58,146 nt of DNA, taken from Patescibacteria group bacterium (GTDB taxonomy: Bacteria > Patescibacteriota > Patescibacteriia > 2-01-FULL-39-33). The notes below the pieces were generated by a model. It did no database searches. It saw only the letters and a program-made list of their open reading frames with translations, and was not told the origin of the DNA. This document shows, piece after piece, positions 10,005 to 19,614 of the stretch (position 1 is the first letter of the stretch; every line of letters starts with the position of its first letter). The DNA lies in contig JBAZQS010000004.1 of assembly GCA_041645075.1 (NCBI GenBank), forward strand, positions 1 to 58,146, written 5' to 3'. A program made the position numbers and the translations under genes.

Positions 10005-11270
10005 CTAAGTGAGCCAAATTAAAATAAGCAGGCCCAGAATTAACATGGTTAAAGCCGAAATTAGCCGCATCGTCTTGCTTTCCGACTGTTCCCATTGAGT
10101 TAAATGTTTAACCGCGACTTTATTGGCCGCCAAAAGCAAAATAATAATCAACGGCGCCACGAACATTAAATTATATAACAGCAGATAGCCGATACCGCCC
10201 CAGTAAGTGGTCTTGACCGCTAACAGGCCGATAATCGCCACATAGATGCCGCCGGAACAGGGAAAAGTGCATAAGCCGACCAGAAAGCCAAGAATAAACG
10301 CGGCCGGCAAAGTTGATTTATAAACCCACTTTTGAATTGTCTCTTTGCTATTGTGGGGAATCCGCAGTTTAATCGGAAAGCGCGGAAATAACTGGCCGAT
10401 TAAATTAATGACGCCCAAGCCAATGACTAACCAAGCGCCTAATTGAGCCATAAAATGCGGCGAATTGGTAAATAAAATTGCTTTTAAAAGACCAAAACCA
10501 ATCAGCAAATAAGCCAGATAAATCGCGGTGATATAGACCAAGCCCATTTGCCAAATCGCGGCGCGAGTTCTGCGCAAACTGAAAAGAAAAGCGATAAAAA
10601 AAAGCAAAACCGCGAAGGCGCAAGGATTAATGCCGTCTAAAAAGCCCGAAACCAAGACCACCGGCAATAAATTTTGGTATTTATTAAACTGATTTTTGAC
10701 TTTTTTAGTCAAAGATAGCTGGTCTTTGTTTTTTTCCAAATCAGTCAAATATTGGCCGATGGGCGCGTCAATCGGATAAGTCCTAATTTCGCCAGCGAAA
10801 TCATCGGCCCAAGCCGGTATGGCCCAAACCTGATAGGTCGTCGGACTGCCGTGCATTTCATCTTGATAAACAATCAGCCGTTTAAACTTTTGGCTATTTT
10901 CCGGCAAAAAAAGGTCTTTGATAATTTGCTCGGGAATATGGCCGGCTAAAATATATTGGTCGCCGATAAAAGTCATAATGTGGCTTTGCAAAGGCAAAGG
11001 CACGCCCAATTCAGTCATCAATTCATTTAATTCCGGCCGATTGCTCCGTTGGTTCAAATAGTCCTTTTTAACAAATTCGGTTATTCCTTGCTGGGTTAAG
11101 ACCTTTGGCAAATCATTATTAATATAAGCCGCGCACATGCCGCAGGCCTCGTTATAATAAATCAGGGCCTGGCTCTTGTTTAAGTGAGCGCTATGCGCCG
11201 AAACCAAAACCGGCGCGGCTAATAAAAACAGGGGGGTTAAAATTAAAAGACCAAAATTTTTTTTAATCAT
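10005..11270 (-). CDS. CcdA/DsbD_2-family thiol-disulfide transporter with N-terminal exported CGMC domain
   Basis: Signal peptide and YYNEACGMCAAY in a ~190-aa exported domain. The TM core has GINPCAF and TFPCSGG cysteines, as in CcdA/DsbD. Confidence 0.65.
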   Translation of the reverse strand: MIKKNFGLLILTPLFLLAAPVLVSAHSAHLNKSQALIYYNEACGMCAAYINNDLPKVLTQQGITEFVKKDYLNQRSNRPELNELMTELGVPLPLQSHIMTFIGDQYILAGHIPEQIIKDLFLPENSQKFKRLIVYQDEMHGSPTTYQVWAIPAWADDFAGEIRTYPIDAPIGQYLTDLEKNKDQLSLTKKVKNQFNKYQNLLPVVLVSGFLDGINPCAFAVLLFFIAFLFSLRRTRAAIWQMGLVYITAIYLAYLLIGFGLLKAILFTNSPHFMAQLGAWLVIGLGVINLIGQLFPRFPIKLRIPHNSKETIQKWVYKSTLPAAFILGFLVGLCTFPCSGGIYVAIIGLLAVKTTYWGGIGYLLLYNLMFVAPLIIILLLAANKVAVKHLTQWEQSESKTMRLISALTMLILGLLILIWLT

Positions 11271-11286
11271 AAATTTTAATCATAAA

Positions 11287-11793
11287 TTAAATTGAGGCCG
11301 GTCGGCCTTGATTGGTAATTTTAATATATTTAGACCATAAATAAATTATGCCGCCGAGATTAAATAAAATGCTGAATAAAAAAATATAGGGTTGATAGGC
11401 CCCGGCCAAAACCGCCAGACCGCTTAAGCCCAAAATAGGCAAAAAATTAGTTAAATGATGCAGGCAACAAGCAATCATGGTGGTGGTTGACACGCCGCCC
11501 GAAGCGGCCACCATTCCTCCGCCTTGTTTGATTTTTAAATGAATTAAACGAAAAAGAAACAACTGGAAAGCAAAACCAAAAATTAAAGGTAAAATAAAAT
11601 ACCAGCGGCTCTTAAAAAAATACCAGGGCGCGAGCAAACTCCCCATGCCTAAGGCCTGGACCGCGTAAAAAACCGCGCTAATCCCCAAGGCGCCAAAAAT
11701 TCCCCAAAAAAGCGGAGATGGGTTGCGGTTGCTCGCCGGCTTAATGGCTTCAATATTGTCTTTTGTTAAATTGTCTTTTACTAAAAAATTCAT
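11287..11793 (-). CDS. integral membrane protein with CC-LHH motif
   Basis: 168 aa with about 4 TM helices and the motif TTMIACCLHHLTNF. It overlaps the upstream gene by 4 nt (ATGA). Confidence 0.5.
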   Translation of the reverse strand: MNFLVKDNLTKDNIEAIKPASNRNPSPLFWGIFGALGISAVFYAVQALGMGSLLAPWYFFKSRWYFILPLIFGFAFQLFLFRLIHLKIKQGGGMVAASGGVSTTTMIACCLHHLTNFLPILGLSGLAVLAGAYQPYIFLFSILFNLGGIIYLWSKYIKITNQGRPASI

Positions 11794-12242
11794 TGGATAT
11801 TGAAAGTAAAATTTATCGTCTCGGTCAAACCCACGATTAATTGGCCGGAAAGTTCGCCGGTAAAAGTCATTATGGCTTGAAGATGATGGCCGCCGCTTTC
11901 GGCATTTAACATTTGATAATCGCTTGGTTTTTGTCCGGCCAAACTTGACCGTTCCTCGATTGTAAAAGTTGATAAATCATAAATATGGTTATTCAAGGAT
12001 AAGTCAATGATGGTCTGGCCATTTTCCTTTCGGACCTGGTCAATGGTAACTTCAATGCCGTCTTTGGCCAGGGTCAAGGGATTGGGAACCGACTCTCGGT
12101 TATCAGCTATGGCCTCATTGGCGTTGGTGACAATCGTGGTTTTTTTATTATTCTGATTAAAAAGACCGGCCCATAAAGCGATAACGGCGATGAGCAGGAC
12201 AAGGCCTGATAAAATTAAAATCATAATAAATTTCTTTTTCAT
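11790..12242 (-). CDS. exported hypothetical protein
   Basis: 150 aa with an N-terminal signal anchor and a beta-rich-looking remainder. Confidence 0.5.
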   Translation of the reverse strand: MKKKFIMILILSGLVLLIAVIALWAGLFNQNNKKTTIVTNANEAIADNRESVPNPLTLAKDGIEVTIDQVRKENGQTIIDLSLNNHIYDLSTFTIEERSSLAGQKPSDYQMLNAESGGHHLQAIMTFTGELSGQLIVGLTETINFTFNIQ

Positions 12243-12257
12243 GGTATTTTTAAAAAA

Positions 12258-12758
12258 TTAAACCGCCGGCGGTTTGACCGAGCAGGTTAAATTTTTAATA
12301 ATATTTTTCAGGGTTAAAAAAATAGCCAAAGCCAAAAAAATTAAACTCAAGGCCTTAATTTCTAAGCCCTGAAAAGGCAAAGAAAATAAAGCCAAAGGGA
12401 ATCCCATTAGCGCCAATAACGGCGCCCCGCAAGACGGACAGCCGGAAGCTAAGATTCCGCCGGCGGCCCCGCCCAGAGCGGCTAACCGACTGGTGGCGGT
12501 GTTTTTGCTTCTGATTAATTGATAATGAAAAATTAACAGGGATAAATAAAGACCGAAGAAAACACTGATAACTAGACCGAAAAAAATTGAAACCGCCGTG
12601 TAAAATTGACCGTTCATATCGGCATAAACCAATAAACTTTTTTGATAAACATTAACCACGGTCAAGTAATAACTGATGAGGCCAAAAATTAACGCGGTTA
12701 TTAGGGCGATGGCCGAATACCTTTTTCGCTTTAAAATCAACCAGATAATTTTGAGCAT
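12258..12758 (-). CDS. integral membrane protein with CPSCG motif
   Basis: 166 aa with about 4 TM helices and the motif ILASGCPSCGAPLLALMG. Confidence 0.5.
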   Translation of the reverse strand: MLKIIWLILKRKRYSAIALITALIFGLISYYLTVVNVYQKSLLVYADMNGQFYTAVSIFFGLVISVFFGLYLSLLIFHYQLIRSKNTATSRLAALGGAAGGILASGCPSCGAPLLALMGFPLALFSLPFQGLEIKALSLIFLALAIFLTLKNIIKNLTCSVKPPAV

Positions 12759-12772
12759 ATATCAAAGTTCAA

Positions 12773-13291
12773 TTATTTGACTACATTGGCGGTAATAATC
12801 AAAGCGCTGGCCGCATTATTTTTGCCGTCATCGTTGGTAGAAAAATTAATTTGACGGGTAATTTGACCGGTCGCGTCCGGACCATGGGCGTTGGGGTCAA
12901 AAATCACTTCCAAATTCGCGCTCTGGCCGGGCGGCAGTTTCGTTGACCAAAAAGCGGGGTTGGTCCCGTGACCGGACATGCCAAAAACCGGACTTTTTTC
13001 GCCCTTAATTTCTAAAACAACCGTGGTGCACATACAAGAGGTGCTGATATTGGAAATTTTTAAATCCGCGTCGCCTTCATTTTTTAAAACAAAATTCTTT
13101 TTCACCAAGCCCCGAGCCATAGAAACATCGCCAAAATCATAACGGGTGGATTCAATGACTAATTTTGCCGTTCCGGCCTGACCGGAATCGGAATTTAAAT
13201 TAGCGACCACGCCTACGGTAATGCCCCCGACAAGGAGAACCACGGCGCTAATAATTAAAATTTTCAAGCGATTATTGTTTGTTTGAGCCAT
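12773..13291 (-). CDS. DUF1573-domain exported protein
   Basis: Signal anchor; an FGDV...N.G...L.I..ISTSCMCTT pattern, as in DUF1573 (ASH/Ig-like fold). Confidence 0.65.
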   Translation of the reverse strand: MAQTNNNRLKILIISAVVLLVGGITVGVVANLNSDSGQAGTAKLVIESTRYDFGDVSMARGLVKKNFVLKNEGDADLKISNISTSCMCTTVVLEIKGEKSPVFGMSGHGTNPAFWSTKLPPGQSANLEVIFDPNAHGPDATGQITRQINFSTNDDGKNNAASALIITANVVK

Positions 13292-13299
13292 AAATTTTT

Positions 13300-13318
13300 G
13301 AGATGGTTACAAAACTAT
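13300..13318. repeat. GAGAT-family motif (single arm)
   Basis: GAGATGGTTACAAAACTAT is identical to the left TIR of the 177-bp element. It lies 8 nt upstream of the 13291 start codon. Confidence 0.55.
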
Positions 13319-13319
13319 T

Positions 13320-13829
13320 TTATTTTTTAATAACCTTGGCCCGAAGTTCAACTTCGGCCTCGGGCTTTTGGGAATCGTTAGATTTAATATAAACCACGCG
13401 GACAATTTCGCCCAAATCCATATCGTCTTGGTGAACCGCCGGGTCAAAAGTTACCGACATTTCCGCGCTTTGGCCCGGAGCGATAATTTTGTCATTTTCG
13501 GCCATGGTCGCTTTGGTGCAACCGCAAGAAGTTGAAAGACGCAAAATTTCTAAGGGCTGGTTGCCGGCATTGGCAATGGTAAAAGTTTTTTGGGCAATCT
13601 CGCCGTAAATTACCGTACCCCAGTCAAAAGCGGCGGGCGTAATTTGAATGGCTGGTCCTTGGCTTAAATTTTGATTGGCGGAATTTTCATTGGCCTCTGA
13701 ATTGTCCGTTGAGTTCAGGTTGTTAACCGCGGCCGCCTGATTATAGGTGCGATAAATACCCAAAGCCAAAGCCACTAACACGACTAAGGCCAAAAAAAAT
13801 AAAATAATTTTATTAGACATATTTTTCAA
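13320..13829 (-). CDS. DUF1573-domain exported protein (paralogue)
   Basis: FDWGTV...NAGNQPLEILRLSTSCGCTKA, the same architecture as 12773-13291. Confidence 0.65.
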   Translation of the reverse strand: MKNMSNKIILFFLALVVLVALALGIYRTYNQAAAVNNLNSTDNSEANENSANQNLSQGPAIQITPAAFDWGTVIYGEIAQKTFTIANAGNQPLEILRLSTSCGCTKATMAENDKIIAPGQSAEMSVTFDPAVHQDDMDLGEIVRVVYIKSNDSQKPEAEVELRAKVIKK

Positions 13830-13859
13830 AAGTTAAAAAGATGAGGTAATAAAATTATT

Positions 13860-14735
13860 CTATTGAGCCGGTGCCGCATTAGCCGGCGGCGGCGGTTGAA
13901 CTGCGGTAGCCGGTTGAACTGCGGTATTGGTAATTAGATTATAATAGACCCCCATCTGTTTAACGCCCTCGCGAAAAACATAGGTTCCGTCGCTTTCAAC
14001 CGTGCCGACTTGAGACCAAATACTTTTAAGCGCCGGATAGGCCTCAACATCGCCCTTTAAAATAAAAGTCGGCAATAATTTAATTTTATATTTATCAACC
14101 AATTTCAGGCCATCGGGCAGGGTGGCGTCCACCACTTGGCTGTTATCAGTCAAAATCCCAAAACGCGGCAAAATTTGCTCATGCTCGGTCACATCATAAC
14201 AGGTCGGGCATCGCTTATCGGCGATTAAAATTAACTCAACTAAACCCTTGATTTCGCCCGAACTGACCAAAAGGTAGGGGGCGCTGACATTTCTTAAAAT
14301 AAAAGTGTCACTATTTTTAATCTCGCCGATTTTTGTCCACAAATTTTTAAGGCCCTCGCTTTTATTAAGCTCGCCCTTCACAATAAGAGCCGGTATTTTG
14401 TCAATCTGATACTGACTGATTAAGGCCTTGGCTTCCGGACTGGCCGAATCAATGTTTCTTTCTGATTTGGTCTTAATGTTTTCTTTTTTGATTAAATCAA
14501 TAATCGGCGTCAGACCGGCGCATTGTTGGCAGTTGGCGTCAATAATGGTAATTAATTCTAAATCGGCCGGCCGAGCCGCTTCTCTGGTGGCCGCTAATTT
14601 TTTACTTAATAACCAATCAGTCCGCCCCCCAACCACCACGGCCACGCTCAAGCTGATAAAAATTATCAGTCCCAAACCAAAAATCAACCAGGTCTTGATT
14701 TCCATATTTAATTCTTTAATCGGGCGCTTTAACAT
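13860..14735 (-). CDS. membrane-anchored double thioredoxin-like protein
   Basis: N-terminal TM helix and two CxxC motifs (CQQC, CPTC), each followed by similar sequence (KIPALIVKGE / LLPTFILKGD). Pro/Ala-rich tail. Confidence 0.55.
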   Translation of the reverse strand: MLKRPIKELNMEIKTWLIFGLGLIIFISLSVAVVVGGRTDWLLSKKLAATREAARPADLELITIIDANCQQCAGLTPIIDLIKKENIKTKSERNIDSASPEAKALISQYQIDKIPALIVKGELNKSEGLKNLWTKIGEIKNSDTFILRNVSAPYLLVSSGEIKGLVELILIADKRCPTCYDVTEHEQILPRFGILTDNSQVVDATLPDGLKLVDKYKIKLLPTFILKGDVEAYPALKSIWSQVGTVESDGTYVFREGVKQMGVYYNLITNTAVQPATAVQPPPPANAAPAQ

Positions 14736-14755
14736 AAAATTAAAATAATATAAAA

Positions 14756-15040
14756 TTAGCAGCCACCCACCATATTGGGTAGGTTTTGCACCTGGCCGGG
14801 CAAAGCATTGCCGCTGGGGCTACCGGCCGCGTCCGCGGCTTTAATCACGGCTCCACCTTTGACTTTGCTGTAAATCGTGGCGGATTGCACGGCCTGAATC
14901 ACGGAAAAAACCGTTAAAACGACCAAAACCGCGCTCACCATAGAACTGCCGAATTTTAGCCGATGCTTGCTTTTTTTATTCAAATGCAACCCATCTAAAA
15001 TTTCCGTTTTGATTTTTTCTAATTCCGATTTTGGTTCCAT
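14756..15040 (-). CDS. small membrane-anchored protein ending in LPNMVGGC
   Basis: 94 aa with one TM helix. The C-terminus QVQNLPNMVGGC is shared with the upstream neighbour. Confidence 0.5.
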   Translation of the reverse strand: MEPKSELEKIKTEILDGLHLNKKSKHRLKFGSSMVSAVLVVLTVFSVIQAVQSATIYSKVKGGAVIKAADAAGSPSGNALPGQVQNLPNMVGGC

Positions 15041-15079
15041 GTTTTTGTTTATTAATAATTATTTATCCGTAATTAATTT

Positions 15080-15832
15080 TTAACAGCCGCCCACCATATT
15101 GGGCAGACCTTTAATATCCGAGGGTAGCGGCGCGCTTTGACTGCCTTTGCCATAATCGGGTAGTTTCATGCCTAAAAGCAGTGAGGCGACATCGGGCGTA
15201 AAATTAGCGCCTTGCAATTGGCTGGTTATTTTTTGAATCATTTGTTTGGGAAAATACAGCCCTTTCCAGCGCGCCAATTCCCGCAGCATTTCATCGTCGG
15301 TATATTCACTATTGTGATTTTTAATCAGATAAGCCAATAAGCCGCGCATGGCTTGGGAATGAGCGCAACCGCAAGCGGCTTGGCCATCCTCCCGAATTAA
15401 TGAGGTGGCGCCGCAGCAATATTCGCAAGCAATTTTTAAACCGATATTAATATAACGTTGCAAATCCTGGTCCGCCAAGACGATTTTTTGACTGCCATAA
15501 GTGGGGTCAAACTGTTTTATCACATTCATGGCCGGCTCAACCTGGTCAAAAGAAACGGCTAACTCCGCGCCGTAAATTTCGGGCGTTCCTTGAGCCATGG
15601 CTAATTTAATGGCGTCTTGAGAAATATCGCCGCTTAAAGCGACGCCACTGCCCCCGCCCGAACCAAGCGCGCCCGCAATTTTACTAATGGGATTGTTGCT
15701 AAGGCCAAGATTTTTATAAATTTTACCCAAAATAATTTGGTTAATCCCGAAAGAGAACAATAAAACAATTAACAAAACGAGATTAACGACCGCTAAAGAA
15801 GCTCGGGCCGGTTGCTGGCTGGAGAAAAACAC
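15080..15832 (-). CDS. membrane-anchored Cys-cluster protein ending in LPNMVGGC
   Basis: 250 aa with an N-terminal TM helix, the cluster CEYCCGATSLIREDGQAACGCAHS and the C-terminus KGLPNMVGGC. Confidence 0.55.
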   Translation of the reverse strand: MFFSSQQPARASLAVVNLVLLIVLLFSFGINQIILGKIYKNLGLSNNPISKIAGALGSGGGSGVALSGDISQDAIKLAMAQGTPEIYGAELAVSFDQVEPAMNVIKQFDPTYGSQKIVLADQDLQRYINIGLKIACEYCCGATSLIREDGQAACGCAHSQAMRGLLAYLIKNHNSEYTDDEMLRELARWKGLYFPKQMIQKITSQLQGANFTPDVASLLLGMKLPDYGKGSQSAPLPSDIKGLPNMVGGC

Positions 15833-15866
15833 AAATTTTAAATTATTATTAAATTAAAAAATAAAT

Positions 15867-15887
15867 CCTACTATGCAGTGTAGTAGG
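15867..15887. promoter_or_regulatory. candidate BlaI-type operator (CCTACTA-N7-TAGTAGG)
   Basis: Perfect 7-7-7 inverted repeat 35 nt upstream of the 15832 start codon, in the only >100-nt gap of the cluster. Confidence 0.4.
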
Positions 15888-15938
15888 AGAATTAACCTTT
15901 GTCAAATTTACTTATCCACAGGTTTAAAAATTTTAGAA

Positions 15939-16982
15939 TTACTCACAACTGGTCATGGGCGAGCGATAGCTATTCTGGCATTCATGGCTGGCCGGCAGCG
16001 CCAAACACTGGCGCGAAGAGGCCTGAATTTCCACCAGCGGGCAAGAATTAACATCGACCCCATAAGAATAAGAGGAGGCGTCCAAAGGCGAGAATAAAAC
16101 AAAAAATACGGGCAGAGTTAAAAGCAATAATAAAGCAAAAACAAAATAGCGAGAAAAAATCCGTAAAGGCAGGTGGTAGCGGCGATCGGCTAATTTATTA
16201 ATCCTTTCTTCGGTGATTAAGCCAAAAAAGGAAAGCGCCAAATGCCCTTGAACTATTTTATTTTCTTTTATCTTTATTATTTTGTACAGGGCCCGGGCTA
16301 AGGGAATTTGACTTTTAAGGCGAGCGATGGCTTTCTCATCGGCGGCTAATTCGGAGAAAATCAAATATTGTTTGGTTAAAAATTTTAAACCCGGAAAAAA
16401 GAAGCAAGCCCTATTAATGACCTTGACCATAAAAAGCCGACGGGGCTCGCCCACCAGCGCGTGGTGCCGCTCATGGCTTAAAACCGCCATTAATTCTCGG
16501 ACGGTGAGTTCTTTAACTAAAGCGGAAGAAAGGCAAATCTTTGGTTTAATGAAGCCAAAACAAAAAACTATTGGCTGCTCACTGGCGATTTCCACCAAAC
16601 GATCATTGAGTTTCAACTTTTCCGCCACGGATTTTAATTTTAAAGATAACTGTGGTTTTTGATTTTTCAATTGGCTTTTGACAAATTTAGCGGTGGCCAG
16701 ATTCAAGTGGATAATCTTAAACAAAAACAGGATTAAAAGACTAAAAATGCCAAGGGTTAAAATAATAATCCCGCTAAAAATTAAAGGATGGTTGGCAAAA
16801 ATAAAATGATGAGCGCAGCCGCACGCCATCTCTAATCGGCCGGCCAGCGATCTAACGGCGGCCATGGCTGGGGGCAGAAGTTTGATAAAAATAAAAATAA
16901 TTATCGCTAAAAAACTTAAACCTAAAATTAAAATTTGGTAAAAAATCAAATTCGCTTTTTGGTTTAAATTAATTTGCCTCAT
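15939..16982 (-). CDS. BlaR1/MecR1-type M56 (M48-like) zinc-peptidase sensor
   Basis: Multiple TM helices and the HEXXH motif LSHERHHAL. It follows a BlaI-family gene by 18 nt. Has a CGCAHH motif and a Cys-rich C-terminal tail. Confidence 0.7.
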   Translation of the reverse strand: MRQINLNQKANLIFYQILILGLSFLAIIIFIFIKLLPPAMAAVRSLAGRLEMACGCAHHFIFANHPLIFSGIIILTLGIFSLLILFLFKIIHLNLATAKFVKSQLKNQKPQLSLKLKSVAEKLKLNDRLVEIASEQPIVFCFGFIKPKICLSSALVKELTVRELMAVLSHERHHALVGEPRRLFMVKVINRACFFFPGLKFLTKQYLIFSELAADEKAIARLKSQIPLARALYKIIKIKENKIVQGHLALSFFGLITEERINKLADRRYHLPLRIFSRYFVFALLLLLTLPVFFVLFSPLDASSYSYGVDVNSCPLVEIQASSRQCLALPASHECQNSYRSPMTSCE

Positions 16983-17000
16983 AGATTTTTAACGAGTTAA

Positions 17001-17405
17001 CTAACGGCGGGCCAAGACCTTTTTTAATTTTTTTTGCCATTCGGCTAATTTTTTTGAGTCGCTGGTTTCCAAAAAATCAATAAATTGAGCCACCCCCACT
17101 TCGCCAAAAGTCCTGATTAAATTAGTCACCGCCTTTTTTGAAGTGGCCGCCAAAAAATCTTCCTTGCCTTGGGCCGGATGATAAATATAAGCCCCGTCAT
17201 CATTGAGTCGGCGCTTCAAAATGCCTTTTTCAAACAAACGCGACATTACGGTCATAATAGTGGTATAGGCGATTTTTCGGCTCTTTTTTAAACGGCTAAA
17301 AACTTGGCGCACCGAGACCTGGTTTAATTCCCAAATCACTCCCATCACATCGGCCTCTAAGGTGCCCAAGGGCTGTTTTAATTGTTCAATCTTATTTATT
17401 TTCAT
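17001..17405 (-). CDS. BlaI/MecI/CopY-family winged-helix repressor
   Basis: 134 aa. LEADVMGVIWELNQVSVRQV...YTTIMTVMSRLFEKG is the typical Penicillinase_R fold. There is no C-terminal CxC metal site. Confidence 0.8.
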   Translation of the reverse strand: MKINKIEQLKQPLGTLEADVMGVIWELNQVSVRQVFSRLKKSRKIAYTTIMTVMSRLFEKGILKRRLNDDGAYIYHPAQGKEDFLAATSKKAVTNLIRTFGEVGVAQFIDFLETSDSKKLAEWQKKLKKVLARR

Positions 17406-17429
17406 AAATATTTTTAATACAAGTAATTA

Positions 17430-17449
17430 TACTACACTACATAGTAGTA
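17430..17449. promoter_or_regulatory. candidate BlaI-type autoregulatory operator (TACTAC-N8-GTAGTA, inner ACTAC-ATA-GTAGT)
   Basis: Inverted repeat 25 nt upstream of the repressor start codon. It shares CTAC/GTAG half-sites with 15867-15887. Confidence 0.4.
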
Positions 17450-17500
17450 ATTTACCTGAAAAAAATAACCGTGTCAAGAGCGGCTTGTCAAGCGTAAAAA

Positions 17501-17527
17501 TAGGGACCAGCCGCGACCCGTCCCTAT
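17501..17527. terminator. bidirectional intrinsic terminator after groEL
   Basis: The ATAGGGAC ... GTCCCTAT stem is flanked by an A-run on one side and a T-run on the other. Confidence 0.6.
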
Positions 17528-17540
17528 TTTTATAAAATAT

Positions 17541-17600
17541 TTTTTCATGCCATAGGCAGATCCCATGCCAGAGGCAGGCGCAGCGCCTCTAGCGGAAAAT
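17541..17600. repeat. short repeat module in the groEL 3' UTR (second copy inside the GT4 gene at 21672-21709)
   Basis: TTTTTCaTGCCATAGGCAGAtCC ... GCGGAAAAT is shared with 21672-21709. This copy carries an extra 28-nt hairpin (AGAGGC..GCCTCT) nested in the middle. Confidence 0.55.
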
Positions 17601-17601
17601 T

Positions 17602-19245
<1,644 letters not shown>

Positions 19246-19301
19246 TTATTTATATTTTTATTTTTTATTATAACTTTCAGTAATTTTGTTATTGAAAATT
19301 T

Positions 19302-19577
19302 TTACTCAATTACCGCCAAAATATCCTCATAATTTAATATTTTGTATTCCTCTTCATTGATTTTAAATTCCTCGCCGGAATATTTGCCGAATAAAATCTT
19401 TTGCCCGACCTTAAGGCCGAGCTTGGCCACTTTTTCGCCGTTGCCAATATCTAAAATTTCGCCCTCGGCTTTTTTCTCTTTGTCAACCGTATCGGGCAGG
19501 ACAATGCCGGATTTGGTTATTTCCTGTTCTTTGGCCGGCTTGACCAAAACCCGGTCGCCAATTGGTTTGATGCTCAT
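19302..19577 (-). CDS. groS: co-chaperonin GroES
   Basis: 91 aa, IKPIGDRVLVKP...GIVLPD. Confidence 0.95.
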   Translation of the reverse strand: MSIKPIGDRVLVKPAKEQEITKSGIVLPDTVDKEKKAEGEILDIGNGEKVAKLGLKVGQKILFGKYSGEEFKINEEEYKILNYEDILAVIE

Positions 19578-19614
19578 AATTTTTATTTCCTTATTTATTA
19601 AATGGGTTTATTAA

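Noticed and set aside
14756-15040. LPNMVGGC proteins as ThiS/MoaD/ubiquitin-like sulfur carriers with a GG(+C) tail
   Set aside because: Both proteins have N-terminal TM anchors with predicted extracytoplasmic C-termini and do not look like beta-grasp domains. No E1-like or JAMM gene is nearby.
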